Positions 30,111 through 39,570 of a stretch of 64,000 bases of DNA are shown in pieces; position 1 is the first letter of the stretch, and every line of letters begins with the position of its first letter. Position numbers and translations under genes: made by a program. Source of the DNA: an uncultured Candidatus Rokubacteria bacterium. GTDB lineage: Bacteria > Methylomirabilota > Methylomirabilia > Rokubacteriales > DASRDR01. The DNA is taken from NCBI GenBank assembly GCA_963826115.1, contig CAWGVS010000006.1, forward strand, positions 384,001-448,000. The letters run 5' to 3'. Under the pieces are notes generated by a model, which did no database searches, was not told the origin of the DNA, and worked only from the letters and a program-made list of their open reading frames with translations.

Positions 30111-30131
30111 ACGGCGGGACCGTCGGATCCG

Positions 30132-33100
30132 CTATTCCGCGATGCTCAGGAGATACGGGCTGTCGCCGACGGGAAGCGACACGACCAGCGTGGACGCGGT
30201 TCGCTCGATGACATTCACCGGACGGTTCGTCCCGGTGAGCGGGTCGAAGTACCGGAGCGAGGCCGCCCGACCGTCGACGTTGGTCAGCTTCACGATGAAC
30301 TCCGTGTCGGGCAGCGTCTGGAGGATGTTCCGGCTCATCACGTAGATGGCGACCACGAACGTCCGCGGATCGACCTGGAAGGGGAAGATCGCCAGGGCGT
30401 CCTCGTAGGTCAGGTCCGGGTGCGTGGCGTCGCCCCGGAAGATGATCCCGCCGCCGTCACCATCCGCAGCCGCCGCGGCGGCGCCGACCTGACGCGGCGT
30501 GCCCACCGGCGTCGCGCCCTCGAAGACGCGCGCGGCGTTGCCGAGAGCCTTGAAGGGGAGCGGCAGGACGGCGTCGGGATTCGAGGGGTAGCTGGAGAGC
30601 TGAGCCACCGAATCCGGCATGAGGTCATACGCGAGGAGGTTGTGGTCGAGATAGTCGGCGAAGAACCAGATTCCCGCGATGCCCTTGTTCAACCAGAAGA
30701 ACGAGGCCCGGAGGAGCGCCTTGGCCTTCAGGTAGGAGGCCTTCTGCACGTCGGTGACGCCGTAGCCCGACGGGTTGAATCCCCACTCCGTCATGTAGTG
30801 GCGGAAGACCGGCGACGAAGGGGGACGCTCCTGCCGTCCGTTCGGCGTGAGGTGCCGGACGAGGCCGTCGGGCCGGATGTACATGCCGGCGCCCTCCGGC
30901 ATCACGACCCGGTAAGGGGGTGCCGGCGGGGCGTAGCCCTCCAGGTTGTAGGCGATGCCCTGGTGCTCGTCGGCGAACGAGTCGTACTCGGCGAACTCGT
31001 AGGGATGGTAGGACTGCCCGAGCATGCCCGGGGGTAGGCTGGGCACCTGGGGGTTGAAGAAGGTCGTGTTGCTGAAGCCCCAGATCGGCGTCACGCGCGG
31101 GTACTCCGCGGCGAGCATCGCCACCGTGCGCCGCGCGAGCTCCCACGACCGCTTGCCGGGCTGGAGCGACACCTGATCCGGCACGATCGGCGGTGAGTAG
31201 TAGTTGTTGATCTTGAGGAAGTCCGAGCCGAACGTCAGCTCGTTCCAGATTTCGACGTCGAAGTCCGTAATGCCCGCCGCGATCACGGCGCGCACCGAGG
31301 TCCGGACGTACGCGAGCCAGCCCGCGACCGTCTCCTCGTACGCCGCGGTGCCCGGCTCGGAGAGCGGCTGGTAGCGGAGGGTGTCGAGCTTGACCGACTG
31401 GCCGGCGCCGAGGGTGACGGGCAAGGGCTTCGAGAGGGTCACGGTGCGCGACGACGTGTTGACGGCGGTGATGATGACCTCCGCCATCTTGTAGCCTGTC
31501 AGGTTCGAGAGGCCGGTGTAGCTTGGCTTGATGCCGCTCACGTCGTTGAGCTGAAGGGTGCGGTTCCCGGCGCCGGCGGTGGTCGAGACGGTTCGCCCCG
31601 TCAGCTCGCGATGGGGGACGGGATAGCCGTGGTGCCCGTTGAGGAGGATCAGCGGGCGGATCCCATTGGCCTTCGCCGCGCTCAGGATTGCCGCCATGGT
31701 CGTCTTCGTGGACGGGATGAGGTCGAGGGTGTCGTAGTCCGTGCGCCCCCACCCGATCTCGATGCGGATGCGGGCAATGCCGCTCTCGGCCAGGAGCCGC
31801 ATCTCGACGTCGTGGCGCACCCGGTACGTGTCGACGTGGTAGTTCAGTCCGAGGCCGTCGAGATAGGCGGAGGCGGGCATCGTCTCCAGCCAGCCGCGCC
31901 ACGGATGCTTGTAGTGCGAATGGTACGGGTTGGGCACGTCGAGCTGGCCGGGATCGAGCTGGTTGACCAGGGCGACGTTGATGTCGTTGATCTGGATCGA
32001 CACCGAGCGGTCGTTGTTGGACTCGACGGCCTCGACGACGGTACGGCCGGAATCGGCCCGCGCGGTCACGCAGTGCGTGCCGGGCGCGGCCGCCGGCGCG
32101 GTCACCGTCGTCGTCAGCCGCGTGGACGCCCCGGCCGCCAGGGAGGGGACCGGGAACGTCTTGAGGACCGAGGCCCCCGCGTCGCTCGTGTCCGAGCATT
32201 CCTTGAACAGGAGCGCCGCGACGTGCGCCGGGGCCGTCGCGGAGCCGATGTTCTTGACCGTGAAGGCGGCGCCCACGGTGGTTCCGGGGCGTAGCTGGGT
32301 CGAGTCCAGCGAGAGCTCGGAGACGGTCAGGTCGGGCATCTGCACAGTGAGCTTGATGGCCTTCCGCCGGAACTGGCTGGAGGGAGTGACGGCGACGGTC
32401 GATGCCACCATCCCCGCCCAGGGGCCCGTTGCGGCGGCCGTGTCGATCTGGGCGATCAGGTAGTAGGCGCCCGGATCCGTGCTCGGGATCGTCATGGGTG
32501 ACGTGAGCCGGAGGCTGCCGTTCGCGGGGATCGTGTCGACCGGCAGGGTGGCGACCAGCACGCCCGCGGAGAGCGGCGCGTCGGGGTTGGTCGCCAGGAA
32601 GACGACGACGCTGGTGGGACGCGAGGCCACCCGGCCGGCGTTGCCCACGCGGAGGTTCGCGACCACCGCTTGGCCTGGCTGCACGAGGCTCGGGTCCACC
32701 GACAGGTCGGCGATCGCCACGTCCGGCACGGCCACGTCGAACCGGGCGGTCCTCGAGTTGTTCGTGTCGTTCGACTCGCCGACCGCCAGCGACGGATCGA
32801 GCCTGGCCAGGAGGTTGTACGACCCTGGTGTCACCACCGGCACCGTCACCGGGACCTTCAGGGCGACCGTCTTGCCGGGGCCGAGCTCGGGGATGTCGAA
32901 GGTGCTGCTCGGCGCGACGGTCTGGGTCGCGGTCGCGGAGGTCGGCAGGACGAACAGCGCGCCGGTCGTCTTGGCCGCGGGGACGGCGCCTCCGTTCCGG
33001 ACGGTGACGCTCGCGCTCACGACGTCGGCGGCGCGGACGATCGTTGGCGAGAGCGTCAGGGCGTCCGCTCGGAGATCGGGCAGGGCGACCTGGAACGAAG

Positions 33101-34964
33101 CGGCGCGGCGGTTGTTGGCGTTGTTGGTTTCGGCGAGCCGGCCGGCCGCGTCCAGGACGGCCAGGATCTGGAAGGAGCCGGGCGCGACGTTGGGGACACG
33201 GAAGGTCACGAGGAGCGGGGCAGACGCACCGGCGGGCAGGACCGCGGTCGTGGTGGAGCCGAGGAGCGTCGCGACCTCGAGGGGCGTCTCGGCGGATCGC
33301 GCGAAGTAGAGGGCGACGGGCGCGGCATCGGCCGCGACGGCGCCCGCGTTCCGGACGGTGAGGGTGGCGGTGACGCTGTCACCGGCGCGGGCCACGGCCG
33401 GCGCGAGGCTCAGGGCGCTCGGCGTCAGGTCCGGGAACGTGACGCGAAGCGAGGTGGCCCGGCGGTTGTTGGCGTTGTTGGTCTCGGCGAGCCCGCCGGC
33501 CGCGTCGATGACGGCGAGGATCTGGAACGTCCCCGGGGCCACGTCCGGGACGTGGAAGGCCACGGGGAGCGGCGTGGACGCCCCGGCGGGGAGCACCGGA
33601 GTCGTGGTGGAGCCGAGCGGCGTCGCGAGTTCGAGGGGCGTCCCCGCGGACGGCGCGAAGTAGAGGTTGACCGACGCGGCATCTGCCGGAACCGGTCCCG
33701 CGTTGCGGACGGTGACGGTGGCGGTGACCGCGTCGCGGGCGCGAGCCACGCTTGGAGCGAGGCTCAGCCCACTCGGGGTGAGGTCCGGGAACGTGACACG
33801 GAGCGACGTGGCGCGGCGGTTGTTGGCGTTGCTGGTCTCGGCGATGCGCCCCGGACCGTCGACGACCGCGACAATCTGGAAGGTTCCCGGCGCGACGTTT
33901 GGCACGCTGAACGTGACGGGCAGGGCGGCCGATCCGCCGGCGGGGAGCGTCGGGGTCGTCGTGGTGCCGATGGGCGTTGCGAGCTGGAGCGGCGTGTCGG
34001 CGGACGGCGCGACGTAGAGGGCGATCGGCGCGGGATCGGCCGGGACGCGCCCGGAGTTGCGGATCGTGACGGTGGCGGTCACGCTATCGCGGGCGCGGGT
34101 CACCGGCGGGCTGAGCCGGAGGTCCTGCACGGTGAGGTCCGGGAACGTGACCTGGAGCTCGGCGCTGCGACGGTTGTTGGTCTCGCTAGTCTCGGCGAGG
34201 CGGCCGGGCGCGTCGATGACGGCGATGATCCGGAAGGTTCCCGGGGCCAGGTCCGGAACCGGGAAGGTCACAGGGAGTGGGGCGGACGCGCCGGCGGGGA
34301 GCGTCGGGGTCGTCGTGGTGCCGATGGGCGTTGCGAGCTGGAGCGGCGTGTCGGCGGACGGCGCGACGTAGAGGGCGATCGGCGCGGGATCGGCCGGGAC
34401 GCGCCCGGAGTTGCGGATCGTGACGGTGGCGGTCACGCTATCGCGGGCGCGGGTCACCGGCGGGCTGAGCCGGAGGTCCTGCACGGTGAGGTCCGGGAAC
34501 GTGACCTGGAACTCGGCGCTGCGACGGTTGTTGGTCTCGCTAGTCTCGGCGAGGCGGCTGGGCGCGTCGACGACGGCGAAGATCTGGAAGGTCCCCGGAG
34601 GGACGCTGGGAACGGCGAACGTGACGGGAAGCGCAGCGGACGCGCCGGGCGCGAGCGACGGGGTCGTGGTCGTCCCCAAGGGGGTCGCGAGATCCAGAGG
34701 TGTCTGCGCCGAGGCCGCGAAGTAGAGGGCGACGAGCGCGGCATCGGCCGGCCCGGCGCCGGAGTTCCGGATCGTCACGGTGGCCGTGACGGAGTCGCGG
34801 GCGCGAGCCACCGGCGGAGCGAGCCGCAAGTCCGTGACCACGAGGTCTGGCCTCGTCTGCGCTGCGGCGCCGAGCGGCGCCGTAAGCGCGCAGACGACCA
34901 GCGCCATCGTGAGGGCGCGGATCCTGCCGGTGACACCACATGGCATAGCCCGGCTGGCGGACAT
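30132..34964 (-). CDS. Large secreted protein: 8 CARDB (Ig-like) repeats + C-terminal clan GH-A-like TIM-barrel domain
   Basis: Signal peptide ending AAAQ. Eight ~118-aa repeats starting PD(L/V), most ending E..xxNN. The C-terminal region has IWNE (acid/base-like) and YMTEWG (nucleophile-like) motifs. Confidence 0.8.
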   Translation of the reverse strand: MSASRAMPCGVTGRIRALTMALVVCALTAPLGAAAQTRPDLVVTDLRLAPPVARARDSVTATVTIRNSGAGPADAALVALYFAASAQTPLDLATPLGTTTTPSLAPGASAALPVTFAVPSVPPGTFQIFAVVDAPSRLAETSETNNRRSAEFQVTFPDLTVQDLRLSPPVTRARDSVTATVTIRNSGRVPADPAPIALYVAPSADTPLQLATPIGTTTTPTLPAGASAPLPVTFPVPDLAPGTFRIIAVIDAPGRLAETSETNNRRSAELQVTFPDLTVQDLRLSPPVTRARDSVTATVTIRNSGRVPADPAPIALYVAPSADTPLQLATPIGTTTTPTLPAGGSAALPVTFSVPNVAPGTFQIVAVVDGPGRIAETSNANNRRATSLRVTFPDLTPSGLSLAPSVARARDAVTATVTVRNAGPVPADAASVNLYFAPSAGTPLELATPLGSTTTPVLPAGASTPLPVAFHVPDVAPGTFQILAVIDAAGGLAETNNANNRRATSLRVTFPDLTPSALSLAPAVARAGDSVTATLTVRNAGAVAADAAPVALYFARSAETPLEVATLLGSTTTAVLPAGASAPLLVTFRVPNVAPGSFQILAVLDAAGRLAETNNANNRRAASFQVALPDLRADALTLSPTIVRAADVVSASVTVRNGGAVPAAKTTGALFVLPTSATATQTVAPSSTFDIPELGPGKTVALKVPVTVPVVTPGSYNLLARLDPSLAVGESNDTNNSRTARFDVAVPDVAIADLSVDPSLVQPGQAVVANLRVGNAGRVASRPTSVVVFLATNPDAPLSAGVLVATLPVDTIPANGSLRLTSPMTIPSTDPGAYYLIAQIDTAAATGPWAGMVASTVAVTPSSQFRRKAIKLTVQMPDLTVSELSLDSTQLRPGTTVGAAFTVKNIGSATAPAHVAALLFKECSDTSDAGASVLKTFPVPSLAAGASTRLTTTVTAPAAAPGTHCVTARADSGRTVVEAVESNNDRSVSIQINDINVALVNQLDPGQLDVPNPYHSHYKHPWRGWLETMPASAYLDGLGLNYHVDTYRVRHDVEMRLLAESGIARIRIEIGWGRTDYDTLDLIPSTKTTMAAILSAAKANGIRPLILLNGHHGYPVPHRELTGRTVSTTAGAGNRTLQLNDVSGIKPSYTGLSNLTGYKMAEVIITAVNTSSRTVTLSKPLPVTLGAGQSVKLDTLRYQPLSEPGTAAYEETVAGWLAYVRTSVRAVIAAGITDFDVEIWNELTFGSDFLKINNYYSPPIVPDQVSLQPGKRSWELARRTVAMLAAEYPRVTPIWGFSNTTFFNPQVPSLPPGMLGQSYHPYEFAEYDSFADEHQGIAYNLEGYAPPAPPYRVVMPEGAGMYIRPDGLVRHLTPNGRQERPPSSPVFRHYMTEWGFNPSGYGVTDVQKASYLKAKALLRASFFWLNKGIAGIWFFADYLDHNLLAYDLMPDSVAQLSSYPSNPDAVLPLPFKALGNAARVFEGATPVGTPRQVGAAAAAADGDGGGIIFRGDATHPDLTYEDALAIFPFQVDPRTFVVAIYVMSRNILQTLPDTEFIVKLTNVDGRAASLRYFDPLTGTNRPVNVIERTASTLVVSLPVGDSPYLLSIAE
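33936..34558. repeat. Near-identical 354-bp-period intragenic direct repeat
   Basis: By eye, 33936-34204 and 34290-34558 are identical except one base (34157 G vs 34511 A). Confidence 0.85.
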
Positions 34965-34970
34965 AGTCCC

Positions 34971-35000
34971 GCTCCTTCCGGAGGCCCCCTCCGGAGGAGC
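34971..35000 (-). promoter_or_regulatory. SD-sequestering hairpin (riboswitch expression platform candidate)
   Basis: Minus strand GCTCCTCCGGAGG-GGG-CCTCCGGAAGGAGC. The 3' arm holds the AAGGAG located 7 nt before ATG 34964. Confidence 0.65.
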
Positions 35001-35016
35001 ATCTGCTCCCCATCCT

Positions 35017-35112
35017 TCTTCGGTAACCCGGCTATCAGGTGAGCGAGGTGCACTCGCGCCTGACCCGTGGCTTTGCGTCCCCGCCTCACGACGGGTTTGC
35101 CCTTTTCGGAAG
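35017..35112 (-). ncRNA. c-di-GMP-I (GEMM-I) riboswitch
   Basis: Minus strand AAGGGCAAACCCGTC-GTGA-GGCGGGGACGCAAAGCCACGGGTC...GATAGCCGGGTTACCGAA. Shows GGCAAAC, a GNRA-capped P2, GACGCAAAGCC and GGTTACC, all hallmarks of the class. Lies in the 5' UTR of the CARDB gene. Confidence 0.9.
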
Positions 35113-35161
35113 GAGGCCGTCCTGTTCAGTTGTCGGACCTGTAACTGGACGCGACTCGTGG

Positions 35162-35178
35162 TGCAAGTTAGGTGCCCT
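35162..35178 (-). promoter_or_regulatory. Sigma54 -24/-12 promoter upstream of the riboswitch/CARDB gene
   Basis: Minus strand AGGGCAC-CTAAC-TTGCA (GG-N10-GC). The predicted TSS near 35151 would include the riboswitch in the transcript. Confidence 0.75.
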
Positions 35179-35586
35179 AGTTCGTCGTCGGGCGCACCGT
35201 CTGCACGAGACGGCAGAATTGCCTGTCCGCACAGTCAGATACGATGGGAATCGGGATCGTCGCTGGATCTTTTCGTCGGACGCCCGTCGACGGTTTGGCG
35301 TGCCAGATTTACACTCGCGAGACACTACGACAGTCGGTGGCACGTCGAGTCACTGCCAGGCTGGACACCCGGACAGGGGTCGCAGGCAAGCGGGGCCCGG
35401 CGAACCCACTATCCTGTTAGTATCGATCGTCGAAGCGATTCAGGCGCCCGGCGCGCGCAGCGCGCCGCCTCGCCGCCCAAGCCGGCCGCTCATGGCGGAT
35501 GCTCGAAACGCGCATGTCAGGCGACCGGTGTGGGGACCCGCCATGACCCAGACATGCGGCTGGTCCGGGAGCGGAGACACGAACGC

Positions 35587-37104
35587 ATGGTGGCCCCGAT
35601 GACATCCGGCGGCGATCGCGCCGGGCGGCTCTCGGATGTCGGCTGGGTCCTCGTCTTCTTCCTCTGCAGCTTCTGGCTCACCAACAGCGGATTCGAAACC
35701 TCCGAGGCCGTCTATCAGTACGCCGTCGCGCGGAACGTGGTCGAGACGGGACGGCTCGGATTCGACCATCCGATGGAGGGCATCTTCCACACGGCGCCGA
35801 ACGGCATGACGTACGGCGCCCACGAGATCGGCAACGCCGTGGTCCTGATCCCAGTGGCCACGCTGGGCGCCGTCGCGAACAGGGTTCTGCTGAGGCTCGG
35901 TTTCAAGCCCGAGCTGGCGAGCCGTGTCCCGCCGTTCATCACCTCCTTCCAGGCGGGTCTCCAGGCGGCCCTCGCGCTCGCGCTGCTGTACCTGATCCTC
36001 ACCCGGGAGTACGGGCAGAGCCCGAGAGCGGCGTTCGCGGGCTCGCTGGCCGTCGGCTTCGGCACGTATTACTGGAGCTACAGCCGGAGCCTGTATGACG
36101 GCATGTTGTGCCTCCTCCTGCTGGTGGCCGCCCTGGTGCTTCTGCTCCGTTACCGCGGCGGGGCGTCGGTCGGCGCGGTCGTCGGAGCGTTCACGCTGCT
36201 GGGGTTCTCGATCATCACGCGCCTGACGATGGTCCTGCCCACGGCCGCGGCCTTCCTGTTCATCCTCATGTCCGGCCGGCGTCCCGTATGGCGGCCCTTG
36301 ATGGCGGGCGCGTTGGCGCTGGTCCCCTTCGGGGTCTGGCAGCTCTGGTACAACAGCCTCCGCACCGGGAATCCGTTGGTATCCCCGGTCCAGACCGCCC
36401 AGTACGCGGCCAACAACGCCCTCGACGGCCACCTGGGGACCGGCCTGATCGGTCTCACGCTGAGCCCGGGTAAGAGCATCTTCGTCTATGCCCCGCTCCT
36501 CGTGCTCGCGATCGCGGCGTTCCCGAGCTTCTGGCGCCGAGACCGCGCGTCCGCGATGTTCGTCCTCGTCTCCGGAGGACTGTGGCTCCTCCTCCACGCC
36601 AAGCTTCGGAGCTGGTACGGCGCGTGGGGGTGGGGGCCACGGCACCTGATTACGCTCTTGCCGATCCTCGCGCTGCCGGCGCTGGTCGCGCTGCCCGGCC
36701 TCTGGGCGAAGCGCTGGGGGCGGACGATGATCGTGGTCGCGACGACGATGGGCGTCGTGCTCGGGGCGGCAGCGATCGTGGGGAACTGGCACTTCCGCCT
36801 GGAGCTGGCGGTCGCCGAGGGGCGGGAGGGCGACGCGACGTTCGTCTGGGGGCGGCACTCCCAGGCGGTCGACATGCTGGCGGGCGCCGGGAGCAATCTG
36901 CTGGTCGTAGCCGGCCGGCGTCAGCCGATCGCCCTGCCAACGTACTCCGACCTCGACAACTACGCGTCGAACCGGATCAACGTGTGGTGGCTCACGCTCG
37001 CACGGGTGGGCGTGCCCCGCATGGCGCTCGGGCTCGCCTGCGCCGTGCTGTTGGTGGGGCTCGTGTGGGCGGCAGCGCGCCTCGCCCGCGAGCCCGGCAG
37101 GTGA
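35587..37104 (+). CDS. GT-C-type (lipid-carrier-dependent) glycosyltransferase-like membrane protein
   Basis: Polytopic protein with an acidic residue after TM1 (FETSE), SPGKSIFVYAP and WYGAWGWGPRHL motifs. Start uncertain (35554, 35587 or 35599). Confidence 0.7.
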   Translation: MVAPMTSGGDRAGRLSDVGWVLVFFLCSFWLTNSGFETSEAVYQYAVARNVVETGRLGFDHPMEGIFHTAPNGMTYGAHEIGNAVVLIPVATLGAVANRVLLRLGFKPELASRVPPFITSFQAGLQAALALALLYLILTREYGQSPRAAFAGSLAVGFGTYYWSYSRSLYDGMLCLLLLVAALVLLLRYRGGASVGAVVGAFTLLGFSIITRLTMVLPTAAAFLFILMSGRRPVWRPLMAGALALVPFGVWQLWYNSLRTGNPLVSPVQTAQYAANNALDGHLGTGLIGLTLSPGKSIFVYAPLLVLAIAAFPSFWRRDRASAMFVLVSGGLWLLLHAKLRSWYGAWGWGPRHLITLLPILALPALVALPGLWAKRWGRTMIVVATTMGVVLGAAAIVGNWHFRLELAVAEGREGDATFVWGRHSQAVDMLAGAGSNLLVVAGRRQPIALPTYSDLDNYASNRINVWWLTLARVGVPRMALGLACAVLLVGLVWAAARLAREPGR

Positions 37105-37221
37105 CGGGATGCGGATCCTGGCCGGCGCCGGGACCGAGACTGCGGCACGACGTGCATATACACTCGTGCTCCTCGGCAGCCGGGACGGGCTCGGATGCCC
37201 CGGCCGGTCAGAGAGGAGGAA

Positions 37222-38100
37222 CTACCGCGGCGGGTCCACCCCGAGGCCGCGAAGCCGACGTAGCGCCTCGCCGTGTAGCCAGACCCGATGGCGAATGGAC
37301 CAGGTCGCCTTGAGGAATCGGGTCCAGAGCTTCTGGCGGCGAAGGCGCTCCGACGTCAGGACGTGGGTGGCATCTCCGATGTGATAGAGGTGCCGGGAGC
37401 CGCCGCCGAGCTGGACGTTTCGCTCGACCTCTGGTCCGCGGTACGCCCATTCGCGCCCACCGGCGACATGCGCGTAGTCGTGCTGTTGGTGGACAGCCAT
37501 GACCGCCTGGCTCGCGTCCACGACCGGCACTCCTAGGATTCGCGCCCTCCATACGAGCCAGTTGTCGAACCCGGCTCGTCCGACCGCGAAGGGGGGCGGC
37601 GCCGGATAGAGGTCGTGGTTGAAGACGAAGTAGTCGATGAACCAGCTGCCGCGATGCTCGCCATCGGCGACGACCCGGCGCCGGAGCTCCGCCTGCCATG
37701 ATGGATCCGCGAAGGGGACCGGCGTGGGCAGGTCGAGATTCCAGCATTCGCCGACCATCAGGAACCGGCGCATCCTGGCACGCACACGCGCGACCGCCGG
37801 CAGGAAATCGTCGAGCAGCACGATGTCGCTGTTCACGTAACAGAGGGTGTCGTCGGGCGTGGCGAGGCGACGTCCCGTCTCGAACAGTTCGCTGAGCAGG
37901 GGGGTCCCGAACTCGTTGCGTTGCACGTCCGCCACGTGCTCGAGTCCGAGGTCGCGCGCGACAGTGGCTGTTCCGTCCTCGCCGCCGAAGAGCACGACGC
38001 GAACCCCGTGGCCCAGACGCGCCCAGCTTTCGATCGCGTTGCGCTGTATGACCGCGATGTGGCCTTTGAAGGGCTTGGGGATGGCGAAGAGCGTCAACAT
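37222..38100 (-). CDS. Conserved hypothetical GT-A-like protein
   Basis: MLTLFAIPKPFKGHIAVIQRNAIESW, YVNSDI, DYFVF, GRAGFDNWL and HQQHDY. Located in a polysaccharide locus. Confidence 0.7.
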   Translation of the reverse strand: MLTLFAIPKPFKGHIAVIQRNAIESWARLGHGVRVVLFGGEDGTATVARDLGLEHVADVQRNEFGTPLLSELFETGRRLATPDDTLCYVNSDIVLLDDFLPAVARVRARMRRFLMVGECWNLDLPTPVPFADPSWQAELRRRVVADGEHRGSWFIDYFVFNHDLYPAPPPFAVGRAGFDNWLVWRARILGVPVVDASQAVMAVHQQHDYAHVAGGREWAYRGPEVERNVQLGGGSRHLYHIGDATHVLTSERLRRQKLWTRFLKATWSIRHRVWLHGEALRRLRGLGVDPPR

Positions 38101-38218
38101 GCGGCGGCCTCACCGTGGTACGACAGTGTCGGGTGCGACGCGCCCGGTCATGCCCATCTCAACGGCTCGCGTTCGGCGCCCGCCGCGCTCTTTGCGGGGC
38201 TTCGGCCCCGTCACGCGA

Positions 38219-38247
38219 TTGCTCAAATGCGCGATATCCGCTATCGT
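38219..38247 (+). promoter_or_regulatory. Possible sigma70 promoter/operator upstream of fcl
   Basis: TTGCTC-17 nt-TATCGT in an AT-rich patch flanked by the inverted repeat TTGCTC...GAGCAA. Confidence 0.4.
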
Positions 38248-38436
38248 ATAGGAGCAAAACGCGAGGAACAAGGCATGGGTCCGCACTTCCGCACTGTGGG
38301 GATGACGCCGCATGTGTGCCATCGCGAAAGCATGTGGAGGGGTGCTCGGGATGGAGCGCTGCGCCCCGCGTCCGAGGGTAGCGACATTCGATCGAGACTG
38401 GGCTCCCAGAACTTGGTGCTCGAGTGATCCCGGCGC

Positions 38437-39426
38437 ATGACCACCGACCTCACGAACGCTCGAGTCTGGGTGACCGGCGGTAGCGGCTTCCTGGGCCAGC
38501 ACGTGGTCGACGCGCTGCGCCGGCACGGCGCCAGGACGATTCTCGCGCCGCGCAGCTGCGACTACGACTTGCGCGACCGCCAGGCCATCCGCGCCGCGCT
38601 ACGCGACCTGCGTCCCGACGTGCTCATCCACCTGGCAGCGGTGGTCGGCGGCATCGGCGCCAACCGTGCCAACCCGGGGCGGTTCTTTTACGAGAATGCG
38701 ATCATGGGCATCGAGCTGATGGAGCAGGCGCGTGCCTTCGGGATCGCGAAGTTCGTCCAGATCGGGACCGTGTGCGCCTATCCGAAGCTGACGCCGGTGC
38801 CGTTTCGCGAGGAGTCCATCTGGGACGGCTACCCCGAAGAGACGAACGCCCCTTATGGCTTGGCCAAGAAGATGCTGCTGGTCCAGGCCCAGGCCTACCG
38901 CCGGCAGTATCGCTTCAACGCCGTCTACCTCATCCTTGTGAACCTCTATGGACCGGGCGACAATTTCGATCCGGAGAGCAGTCACGTGATCCCCGCCTTG
39001 ATTCGCAAGTTCATCGAGGCCCGGGAGCGGGGTGACCGTGAGGTCACGGCGTGGGGCACCGGCGCGGCCAGTCGCGAGTTCCTTTTCGCCGCCGACGCGG
39101 CGGAGGGGATCGCGCTCGCCACCGAGCGGTACGATGGCGACGAACCCGTCAACATCGCCACAGGCCGGGAGATCACGATCCGCGAGCTCGCGGAGATGGT
39201 GCGGCGGCTCGTGGGCTACGGGGGCAGTATCCGCTGGGACACCTCGCAGCCCAACGGTCAGCCGCGCCGCATGCTCGATACGTCCCGGGCGCGCGACCTC
39301 TTCGCCTTCGAAGCCAAGGTGGGCCTCGAAGCGGGCCTCCGGCGGACGATCGAATGGTACGAGAGCCATCGGGCGAGCGAGGCGAGGCAGGGCCACGTCT
39401 GTCTGTCGCAGAACACGGGCCGCTAG
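38437..39426 (+). CDS. fcl: GDP-L-fucose synthase
   Basis: [52 protein letters not shown] and [11 protein letters not shown]. Confidence 0.93.
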   Translation: MTTDLTNARVWVTGGSGFLGQHVVDALRRHGARTILAPRSCDYDLRDRQAIRAALRDLRPDVLIHLAAVVGGIGANRANPGRFFYENAIMGIELMEQARAFGIAKFVQIGTVCAYPKLTPVPFREESIWDGYPEETNAPYGLAKKMLLVQAQAYRRQYRFNAVYLILVNLYGPGDNFDPESSHVIPALIRKFIEARERGDREVTAWGTGAASREFLFAADAAEGIALATERYDGDEPVNIATGREITIRELAEMVRRLVGYGGSIRWDTSQPNGQPRRMLDTSRARDLFAFEAKVGLEAGLRRTIEWYESHRASEARQGHVCLSQNTGR

Positions 39427-39570
39427 CCCCCGCGTCATCGCTGCCGTGCTTCGCATCGGTTCGAGTACGTGAACCGTCGGCCGACCGGGGGTACGGTAGA
39501 TGCCGGCGCGCATCCCTCCGCAAGGCGTCCCCGGCGAGGGTCGGTGGCGTCACCTGATGTCCTGACCCCC

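Noticed and set aside
32300-34850. Periodic repeats as a possible CRISPR array or mobile element
   Set aside because: They are in-frame 354-bp coding repeats with no spacers, cas genes or transposase.
35017-35112. Riboswitch as the cGAMP-sensing GEMM-Ib variant
   Set aside because: The position equivalent to Vc2 G20 is G (GGG-CAAAC), which is the c-di-GMP-type nucleotide.
34780-35586. N-terminal extension of the 774-aa ORF
   Set aside because: It overlaps the CARDB gene start, the riboswitch and the promoter on the other strand. Protein-like sequence begins only near 35587.
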